Positions 1 to 11,500 of a stretch of 64,000 nucleotides of DNA are shown piece after piece. Origin of the DNA: Antedon mediterranea (taxonomy: Eukaryota; Animalia; Echinodermata); assembly GCF_964355755.1 (NCBI RefSeq), contig NC_092679.1, forward strand, positions 21,869,432 through 21,933,431, given 5' to 3'. The position numbers were made by a program, and so were the translations under genes. Under the pieces are notes generated by a model, which saw only the letters and a program-made list of their open reading frames with translations, searched no databases and was not told where the DNA came from. Position 1 is the stretch's first letter. The number at the start of each line of letters is the position of its first letter.

Positions 1-785
1 AAATTACTATTGCACTGTCTCCACCTTTTAATGCATAGTTCCCTGTCGACCTACAGTATCCATCAGTGGCATAAAGGCTTTGAGCACAGCTCACTTACTA
101 AACCTAAGACCCCCAGGCTTACTAGGGCCTCTGAGCTGGGCCCAGAAGAAAAAACAGGGACATTAAACTATGTTGAAAAGGGCGAACAAGGACATAGGCC
201 TCAAGCGTTGGAAGGGCACCTACAAGGGCACCTAGGGTCCATAAACCAGTGGCCCAGACCTCTGTGTTAAGGCACTGCTATCCATCTTATCTTCTGACAG
301 ATGTCATTGATGGAAATCTATTCCTTCCAAATCTGCATGTCTGTAATTCCTTAGAGTCTGCATCCTTTTCCAGCAGATCAACATGTCATAGCTGATCTTA
401 TAATTGATATTCTGCCATGGGTTGGTCTCCAGCTCAGACTCTGCCCTTCCATCGCACCTTTTGCAATATTCAGTCAAATTTACTGTTACATATCGTTGCC
501 CCTTGGTGACTTCAATTCAACAAAAACATTAGGTAATTGATTCTGAACACTTATGACACCAATTATAATATGACCTTGCCTTATGATACGAAACCATAAC
601 TCCATAGGTCTGAACAGGCCCTAAGTTATTTATATCAATTACCTATTTAAGTTACATCAAGTATAAGTAGGTAGGGTTATCTAAATTGTTTCTAAGATCA
701 GATCAATATCATAAATGTAAGTGTCTGTCATTGTTTATGATAGATGATTTCAGTATGTTGGAATCAAGAGTAATGGAATTTGTTA

Positions 786-990
786 AACCTCTGTCTACAC
801 TATCAAACTGTGCCCAAACATTGTAGTGATATGCCCAAATATGGTAGTGATATGACATCATCATGTCTATTATAGGCACATCACATTTTTTGTCAGATAA
901 ACTTTGATAGTGTACACAGAGCTTAAGCACTACCTTATTTGGGCACATCACATTTTATGGCACATAGAGTTTGATAGTGTAGACAGAGCT
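786..990. mobile_element. MITE family A (one copy 786-923 plus partial copy ending 990)
   Basis: TIR (AG)CTCTGTCTACACTATCAAACT / AGTTTGATAGTGTAGACAGAGCT. Confidence 0.8.
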
Positions 991-998
991 TTAGTTAA

Positions 999-1320
999 AG
1001 ATGTATTGTCCCCCTGAAAAAATAATTCTTAAAAATCTTTTTGTTGAATATTCCATTTTAATGTAACATAATAGTTATTCACTTTGACCAAAAATTGGAT
1101 TTACCTGAAAAAATGTAATTCAAAGCAAAAAATGGTCAAATTGGCTGCCAGCCAATGGATTTTTGGTTGAATTTAACCATTTATTTTGTCATTTTACAAG
1201 TGAAAACATTATTATTTTTTTCTATGGAACTGATTAATTTCATCAAAACTACAAAATAACATATTCAAAGTCTGATTTAATTAATCTTCATTTTTCATGT
1301 TTTTGGGGGACAATACATCT
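999..1320. mobile_element. TTAA-flanked non-autonomous DNA transposon (Kolobok-like MITE)
   Basis: ttaa|agatgtattgtcccc ... ggggacaatacatct|ttaa; related end fragments near 2212 and 45515. Confidence 0.8.
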
Positions 1321-2545
1321 TTAACTTTTATTAATCATTTTAACCAATGTACCAAAACATAAGAATGTTTGTTTAATATCGCCATTTTGTCAAAATATTT
1401 ATTTTTATAACAAAAAAGGTACATTTAAAAAAATTAAATATTGCTAATTAATGTCATTCTACAAGTAAAGCCTTCTTCTTTCAAAATATGACACATAAAT
1501 ATTTTTCATGCTACATTCTTATGCATTATCCATCTCAAATTGAAATTGTCCGCATAAAATATGCTGTCAAATAAATTGAATGACATCAGCTGTTAAGGTT
1601 TACCATGTTCCACCGAAAACTCTCTACTGTATATAAAAAATATTTATTTATGTAAAGCATAATTCTGACATTGTTATTTATTTCTGGAAAAAAAATTATG
1701 AGAGATCGTAACGTGTAAAGGAAGGCGTCAATGCTAGTTTTCATTTACAGCTTGAATGATTTTTCTTTTTTCTCACCTGCTATAACCTTAGGCGTACACT
1801 TAGAAAACTGTCAACAATTTCTATGATGACATTTTAGTAAATAAGCTTGCCGATTAGTGATAATAATCTGGCAGCTTTATTCTTAAATGTCAGTCTTGTT
1901 ATTTATGCCACCTTTGAAGTGAAGGCTCAAGTGTTTGTTATGATATGTTAGTTGATTAGGTTTCGTCCACAAGATCAATTTAAGTAAAATCAACAACGAT
2001 GCGGTTATCTGATTAAATAAAGATCGGATATGTCTTTGTGTAATTATGTTTAATGTTGATGATTAAATAATTCTATCATAGGTTTTGGACATTTTATTTG
2101 GTCATGTGGCTGGGACTTTTTTGTACAAATCAAATTGCCTGGGGAGGTTGAGTGGTGGAGATTTTTTTTTTCTAATGCCAAATAGTTTGCCCACCAGTGT
2201 CTGACCAAGAGGTTAAAGATGTATTATCCCCTAAAAACATGAAAAATGAATAGAAGATTAATAAAAAAAAAATAGAATAATTTTGACACGATCCCTTATG
2301 TACATATGTCAAATTGTCAATATTGTCAGCAAAAAAACATGGTAATATAACCGATACAAATTGAAATATATAATGCAAGATATAAAAATATATTTTATTC
2401 ATCATTATTTAATATGAACTATAATTTAATATTTTGATGTGAAATCTGTTTATTGATAATAATAATAATTTCATATTGTGAATATTGAAATAATAAATTA
2501 TTTGATGATTATACTAAAAAAAATATTTTTCTTGCCTTTTTACAG

Positions 2546-2587
2546 TCTCTGGAAAGCACACGACGTATGCTCACACTTGTGGAAGAG
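2546..2587 (+). CDS. SNAP25: SNAP-25 exon (vertebrate exon 3 equivalent) [14 protein letters not shown]
   Basis: ttttacag| 42 nt |gtatgt. Confidence 0.95.
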
Positions 2588-5500
2588 GTATGTTCTATCT
2601 GTCCTTTGATATTAGTTCTTGTCTTTTAGTCTTAACATTTTTTTTTAGTGCAGATTTACAGTAAAATCTCTATTATAAGATCACCACTGGTACTATATAT
2701 TCACATACCTGTATGGCATTTTATGCCCAGTATCATCGGCAAGTTCTATAATACAGTATCACATGTGTGTCACATTAATGCCTTTATTATGTTAAGCTTA
2801 TGATCTATGATACAGGCTTTACAAGTATAAGTAATATGTGACACTGTATCATAGAATTTGCTTTGATACTGTATAATATAGATACAGTACCGGGAATCTG
2901 CTAGAAGTTTTGCATCCCAAACAAATTCTACTATTTCTTTGTATTTTTGTTTATGATGTTTTTCAATGCAAATTAAATTAAAGATTCTTTTGTGGCTCTT
3001 TAAAAGAGTTTTTACTGTAAGCTATAAATAGATTTAGAAATAAAATGTTTGTGCTATAGATAAATCAATGGTTAATGTTTCATGTAGTCTTGTTAATGCC
3101 AATTGTTATTACAACATTAATTTCATTTTACTATTATACACTATAATTTATTATTATTAATAATAATTGGAACATTTCATTTTTTTTTATTTCATGATTA
3201 TTTACAACAAAAAAACTATTAAATATTATTATTTCACTGTAAAAATTTTTGATTTTTTTTTATATTTTTAAAAAATATATGGATAACTATCTTTTTTACT
3301 TCAAATGTTTTGAATTAACTACCTGACCTAAAACCAAGGTAAGATAGTGTGAAAGATACGAGAAATTGATTAAAACACTTTTTAAAATCTAGAGAGAAAA
3401 ATAAATAAATTATAAATGATATTAAAATTAACATAATAATAGTATTATTGTTCGATGTTTTATTAGTATAAATAACTTTGCAATAAACAAAAAGGTTCCA
3501 ATTAATAAAAAAAATTAATTAGAAATTTAATCAAAATAATTCAAAATGTTGAAGCATGGATTAAGAATATCATAAAACCAACAGAAAAAAAAAAGGTAAA
3601 TTGCTAATTTTGTTATTCCAATAAAATTGTTGCTCCTTTAAACTATCGGATGTAAAATTGTCTGTCGTGATTTAAGTCTTTCGTCACAGCATTTATGCAC
3701 GCTGAAAAATCTTAATTCCTTCCTAACAAGATGTATCCAGTACATATCAAACCTCCAATAATTTATCATATTTAAACACATGAGCACTTTATGTAAAGAT
3801 ACAAAGTTTGTGCAATTTTTTAAAATGTATTTATAACATCTAAGCATACCCAAAGTTTGTATGTTACATTCTAGTTTGAGCCTAGCTTACCCGGATAAAC
3901 CAACATACAGTAAGCCTATTATTCTCTAATGTTAAATTTAAAGAAAACAATCCTATTAATATTAATGGTTCAATCCACAAAATTCCAAAATTCTTGAATT
4001 TTAGATAATTACCCGGATAAACCAACATTTGCCTATTTTACTCTCTATATATATAAAGTTTAAATCCTTTAACAAACCCATCACAGTTATTGGTTCAATC
4101 TACAGAAATCCACAGAGGGAGAGCATCTCGTAAAATGAACATTCTTAAATTTTAACTCATTGAAAAAATAAACACTGTAATTTGCAGTCTGCAATTCAAA
4201 ACGAAATGCTCGACAGACCACCACATTAACTTTGGGAGTTCGCACACTTTGTTGTTGTATGCCTGGTTGAACTTCATTCCAAGGTGTCAAGAAAGATTTA
4301 CGTTAATTTTCACAAAGTCAAAATAGAATGAACGTATCGAAATTATGAATTTATAATGTCCACTTGTAATCAAAAACATTTGTGTCTTCGGTTTAAATAA
4401 TGTTAGTTATAAAATGGAAGTATATATTTCAACATTAAAATAAAATTTGAAATAAAACTGTGCTCTTTGATGCGTGAAGAAAACATTTGACGATTGTGAC
4501 TGACAGAAACTTATAAACTTATAATAAAATAAAATTCTAATATGGTCTATATTAAATATTTATTAATACAATAATTTATAACTATAATATTATTACAATT
4601 TTATTTCTAAATATATTTTATTAATTCATATTTAATGGACTGCAAAAAAGGATGTCTTAACTTAATGACATAATTAAGTATTAAAAATAAAATGCTAAAT
4701 TTTCGCTTAAAAATATTTAATTTAAATGATTTTTATATTTTATATGTTTGTTTTTATAAAATGTTATTATATAATGCTGTGTGGCTATACAATGTTATAA
4801 TGATGTGTGATGTTGTACAATGCTTAGAGCCAAGATGTTGGTATCAAGACACTTGTTATGCTGGATGAACAGGGAGGTAAGAAAGGGAGTCAGCTCAATA
4901 AATGAAAGCTGCCAATTGTCAATCAATGACTAAATCACTGCTTTGCCAACACTCATTGGTTGAAAGTTTTATCATGTGTACATCCACCCTCTGGTATGAA
5001 AATTGTACTGTCCATCTTTTGTGCACAGCATTTTAATACTGTATTCAGATGGAAACCGTCGTTTCTTGTGAATGAATATGTAATATATTCATATTTTTGC
5101 CTATTAACTTTTCTTCATTTTCATGTTACTGTCTTCTCTGTGTTTGTGTATATTTTATACGGACTGTTTATGTTGTTTTGTAAATGTTTTTTTTTATATC
5201 TTTTACTACTATCTATCATCCAACCTCATTCCTCTATTTTCTTACTCAAAAAACACATTTTTTACACATTTTCATCATACACTATTTTATTTTCTATTAA
5301 AAATCTAATCTTTTTTCCATTTCTAATGATCAATAAATTTTGTTTTTTTAATAATAAAATTCCAAGATTTTTTTCCTTGCTTTAAAAAATATACACCAAA
5401 CCAGTGTTTTCCATACCATACAGGTTCATTCATATTCATTAAAAGAAGGACTTTCACAGTCCTGTTTTTATTTAATTCATTTAGGATGATAAAGAAAAAG

Positions 5501-8500
5501 TATGTATATTTTTTAATAATATCCAATGGGGATTGGTCGATGGGAATGCTTCTTTACGAGCATGAAAACTGAAACGCAAACGAAAACGCATTTTTTAGCA
5601 TGATGCATTGTCTTGCATTCCCTCGCAAACCTTGACCTCTGACCTCCCATTCTGTCCATCCAACAGTATGTGCTTAATTAGATTGAGCAGAGTGAGGGTG
5701 GGGGAGTGGAGAAGGGTATCTGGATAGGAGGAAAAATTGTAACATATCTCTTATATTTTTGTTAAGAAAAGTTGTGGGTTTATGAATGTAATTTATTTAG
5801 TAGCCTCATTGGCTCTGTATTTAGTTTAGGAGTACAACATTGTCAGTGAGTTAAGAAATAGATAACAATGACATTGTGACACAGACACAGACACAGTATA
5901 TATACCCACAAATGTATTAAGACTATATAACCCTCTATGTTGAGGAATCAATTGATGTAGACACACCCATCCCTTCCTTTGTGGTAGATCAAATCCGACT
6001 AGTGAACAGTGTTCCTGGCAGCCCTCTCAAAAAATAAGCCAGTGCTTACAAATTGTCTCTAATTTCAACTATGACCCTTTGGGTAGTGCTTGGAGTGCGC
6101 GCTCCCACTTTTAAGACAGCAAACATTTAATTATGAACTAATTTTGGTATATATTTTAAATGTAGGAATATTATTTAATACTGTAATATGTTACAGTCCT
6201 GCAGTGCTTAGTGATCTATGTTGGGATCTACACTTACCTATTGTTCTGAAATTAAAAAGTCTAAATTAAAACCGCTTTACACTATACACATTATGATATA
6301 CCACAATCTTAATATTCCATGCCCAATTTAGCAAAATGCTTGAATGCTTGCATTTCTAGTGTAGTATTTTTGCATACCAAACAATCAATAAATTTTATTG
6401 GCTTGGTGTCAAGCAATTTCCTATAGCAATCTACCGAAGCATTATGGTTTTACAAGATGTGAAATCATTGTCAAAATTAACAATATTTCATTTCTTTTGT
6501 TAATTTTTAAGTTATTATAAAAATAGTATGAATTTTAATTGTTGTTTTATTTATAATATTTTATTAGGGATGTTGTTTATACAATAAACAATAAAAATTG
6601 ACTGTTTGAATTTTAATTATTAAATATTTTATTTATATATTTATTTTATTGAGAAAGTTATTGATTGTATTTTACTTAAGGTATAATTTAGCAAGAATAT
6701 AGTTAAGCACTGTAATGTATTTAACTGATAATATTTTATATAAATTATTATTATGTTTTGTAGAATGTGTTGTATTTGTTGATGTAGTCAGTTTTGAGTG
6801 GCATGTGCGTTTTATTCACAAGATTGTCAATAATATGTGATGTTTTTAAATTTACATATTTTAATATAAAATATTAATATTCGCTAGAATATCAATTATA
6901 ATAGTTTAAAATAATAAAATAAGAATAAAAATTACCATACTTTAATAATCAATGTTTGTCATTTTTCCGATGATAGACTTGAAATTGTAATCTTTTTTTA
7001 ATATTAAAAATTGTTCTATTTTTAAATTGATAGTGTTTAGTACTATTTTAACAATAATATGTTTTGTAAACAAGCCTAAAATATATTATTTGTACTCCTT
7101 TTTTACAAATATAATAATAATAATAACTACGGTATATATAATTTTTTTTTATAAATCCATCAATTTATTATGATTAATTTTGTATTACCATAAACAAAAC
7201 TCTTCCATATCGCTTGTGACATAACAACAAAAAATATAATCCTTTTCTAAGATACACTGTTAATAACATCTATCGCGCTATTTGTCGATATGCCACTATA
7301 CATTTACGGTTGAGTGAACAAGGAGTTCACATTTACATTGTACTGTAATCCATTTCAGTACATAATTATTCATATATGATTAAATTATATATGCATACCT
7401 AAAATTACATTTTTTTTATTTGGGTATCAATCCTGATATATAAATTAGAAGAAAAAAATAACTGCTGCTGTTTGAGTTGACCTTATTACAAACAAACACA
7501 AAACAACATATGCAAAAGATAAATTCAAAGGAAACTAATCAATTCCATATTCTGCTTTTTTTTTATTTTCTCGTATTATTTAAATAATTAATATGAATGG
7601 AATTATTATTAATTTATTTATACAGTACTTCCCTCCATACATGAGCATTATATTATATTTATATTAGGAAAACCTATTAAGAAATTTGTATCATATTACA
7701 AAAAGACCCACTATCAAATAGCTAAATTAATTAATAGTGTAAAAATAGTTTTTAGACATCACGATTGTTATTTGTTTTACGTGTTTTGTACAATTAGTTT
7801 TGTGTTTGATGTTTTTTTTTCGGCTATCAGTTTAAAATTAAATACGTCTTATTTTTAAGTAAATTTAGAAAATACATTATTTGGTTGTTTTAACACTTTG
7901 GATAAAAATTTTAATATGACAAAGAGAAAATAAAATATTAAAGTTTCATTATTAATATAATATTACCATTAACTTGAATTAGTATGTTTATAACGCTCGT
8001 TTTCTGGTTGTGTGCTTCAGAGAAAAATAATAGAGTTTATACTTAATTATACAAATGTTATTATTATTAAGGTATAACCACATATTTTGAAGTGAAAAAT
8101 GAAGAAGCTAGGCTGAAATGTGTGTGTAGAGAGAGATAGAGAGTATAGTTGCTAAAATACAGTACCCTTTTAAATTCTTCATTGTGTTAGGAAGGGGAAC
8201 TCACTCACCTCCTAACCCTTATTATTAGTACCATTAATTTGATTAAAGGCTAGATAAGATTTGTAATTAAGACTAAATACTAGGATTATTAAGGATTTAT
8301 TATTGGATTAAAATGCGATTTGCATAAAACTTACACCTGTGTTGATGTATGCAGATTTTCTTCCCTTTCATAATTATGCATTTTTTCATCTTCATTCCCG
8401 AAAATTAATTTTATTCATCCACGCATTTCCTTCATGTATTATAAGCATATCCTAGTTTCATTTGATTGTTTATTCTTCGTTTTATCCTTGCATGTATTAT

Positions 8501-11500
8501 TTCATGTTTTTGTTTAAAATCACTCCTTTGAAATGTTGGTTTTCAGTTTAAAATTATTAAAACATTTATGAATTACAATCCCCTTTGTTTGCTTATAAAA
8601 AACGTTGTTAATAGTCTGAATTAGACATTTTCTACTATGGGGGTGTGATTACGTTTGTTCTTTCAACCAATGAGTGTTTTATTTGCCATTATGAATGCAT
8701 GTTCATTACCACGTTTGACATTTTCTTTTCTCTTCGTTTCGTTTCACTTTTCATTGCATTTCATAGGCGAAGGATTCGGGTCTGAACACCCTTGTAATGT
8801 TGGATGAACAAGGAGGTGGTGAACCTATACAACCCTTTTATCAATGTCTTGGGGTCGTTCAGAATCATCAATGTTTTTAAAGACTGCAAAGGCTCTCTTT
8901 GCATCCCTATCTTAATGAAAAAAAGAAGAATATTATCCAGTGTTTTTATCAAACGAACAACTTATTTCCTTTGAATTCTTTGAAAATATTGATAATTTTT
9001 GGCGACGCCTTTTATAACAAACTAATTTACTGTAGTTCGTATTAAGTAGATAGTTTGTGCACCTTTTATTGAATTTGATGGAAATGTTGTTTAAAAAACC
9101 AACAACAAATAAAATATTGATTTGTGAATTTAAATAAAAAATTAAATGATGCTTGAGATTATAATAATTATCCAAAATTAATTTTCAAAACTTTAAGGGA
9201 CCATTTCAAAATGATTCTACTGCAGTTACTGCAGTAGCTACATTTTCAATATGGTATAACCTTTTTATGCAATTAATTAGCAATTACTTGTTGGGTTGTC
9301 ATATAATGACTGATACTGATTATAACCAGCTATAAATTCATATATGATATTGCGGTAAAAAATGTAGTTACTACTGCAGTAGAATGGCTTTGACGTGATC
9401 TCTAACCACATTTCCATGAAATAAATGACAACGCTAATTTGACGGTTCGTTACCGTGTGAACGTACAGTAACCAGCAATATTTATTCGTTATTTTTTCAT
9501 TAGATACTTTCAGATAATTTATCGCTGTATCTCTTCATTTTTTTTTTTCAATATCATGTGTCCTATAAATTAAAAAAAAAATGCTTTTATGTTTCTTTAT
9601 TCTTTTTGCAGTAAAATCCTTTTTGAAAAAATTCTACTTTAGCTTTGTAAAAACAATTTTTTTTAAACTCTTAGATGTATTACAGGCTTTGAATGTCATA
9701 CTATTGAAAATAAGCTAACTATTCATAACGCAAAAAAAGACATGTTTTCAATTAAAGCAAGTGATTTACTAAAATTGAGATTTTGAACTTTTTTTTATTC
9801 AATTTTCTTATAACAGATCTTCAAATATTTTTTGTATCATCCATTTAGTTTGCACAAAATCTTTAAATCGATGAGGCTTGTTCGTTGACATTTATCATTT
9901 TTTTTAAATTACTTCTGAATTATACAAAACTATAATTCCATGTGAACACTGAATGTGAAACCAGTCTGAACATCAAAACTTGGCAGAAATTTAAATGCTA
10001 ATTTGGAAAAAAAGTAGCTGGCTAACAGCAGTATAGGCAAACAGACATAGGATTATTGAATCACCTCGTTTTAAAGGATTCTTTTTGAATCATCCATTCT
10101 TTGAAAAATGAAATTAGTTTTTATGATCATATTAGGAACTTGAGTTTACCTCATTATCAAGAGGATACGCTTGATTGACTCTGAATTCAAAGAGAATCGC
10201 ACGAATCGAAGGCAATCATTTGGAGACTGGTTTTAACGCAAAATTGATTTTCAATCAAAAGGTTCATTAAAATGAAATTACATGCGTGCAAGCTGATAGC
10301 ATATGTACTAGTGTTATGGTTGTAACTTAGATAGTGTTATGATATGGTGTAGGGTTTACTCAAAATATTAGGATTATTGATGCAGGATGGGCAGAGTATA
10401 GTAGTGAAGCTTCTAGTATGTGAATTAGGATTGGGGTGGGGCACTGACCATTAAAGTGTAGTGTGAAGTATCAGAGAGTGGGAGTGAATTATCCGGTGTA
10501 GGAGTGAAATATCCGTCAGTGGGAGTGAAGTATCTATTAATGGTAGTGAACTATCTGAGAGTGAAGTATCTGAGTGTGGGAGTGAAAGTATCCATGAGTG
10601 GGAGTGAAAGTATCTGTGAGTGGGAGTGAAGTATCCGTGAGTGGGAGTGAAGTATCCATGAGTGGGAGTGAAGTATCCATGAGTGGGAGTGAAGTATCCA
10701 TGAGTGGGAGTGAAGTATACGTGAGTGGGAGAGTGAAGTATCCGTGAGTGGGAGTGAATTATCCATTAGTTGGAGTGAAATATTTGTGAGTAGGAGTGGA
10801 GTATCCATGAGTGGGAGTGGAGTATCCGTGAGTGGGAGTGAAGTATCCGTGAGTGGGAGTGAAGTATCTGTGAGTGGGAGTGAAGTATCCGTGAGTAGGA
10901 GTAAAGTATCCATAAGTGGGAGTGAAGTATATGAGACTGGGAGTGAATTATCTGGGAGTTGGAGTTAAGTATCCAAGAGTGGGAGGGATTTATCGGAGTA
11001 GGAGTGAAGGGTTTTGGAAGTGAGTGATTTATTGTGGAGTAGGAGTGAATTATCTGAGAGTGTGAGTGAAGTATCTGAGTGGGAGTGAAATATCTGTGAG
11101 TGGGAATAAATTATCTGTGAGTGGGAATAAAGTATCTGTGAGTGGGAGTGAATTATCTGAGAGTGCGAGTGATTTAATGGGAGGAGTGGGAGTAAATTAT
11201 ATGGATGTAAAGTACCCAGAAGTTAGAGTAATTTATTTCGGAGTTAATTATTCATGGTGGGGGTGAGTTATCAGTCAGTGGGAGTGAGTTATCAGTCAGT
11301 GGAGTAAAGTATCTGTTAGTGTTAAAATATCCAAGAGTGAGGACCAGAAAGAGTAGGGAGAATGAAGTATCCAGGAGTGTGGCATTGACCAGCAAATAGT
11401 GGTAGGAGAAGGATGAGGGAGTGCAAAGTTGACTAAAAAAAAAGTAGTGGGAGTAAAGAATCTAGGGGTGGAAAGTGAAGTGTTTAGGAGTGGAGAGTGA

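Noticed and set aside
10-480. GC-richer ORF 10-270 and a possible RTE-like LINE remnant on the minus strand
   Set aside because: No diagnostic motif; not the missing SNAP-25 first coding exon.
8767-8815. Exon 4b as part of a separate nested gene or processed pseudogene
   Set aside because: It is bounded exactly by splice sites at the same positions as 4a, with no adjoining SNAP-25 sequence.
10551-11266. Periodic ORFs (DTSLPLT, SGSEVSV)
   Set aside because: 21-bp minisatellite lacking stops by chance.
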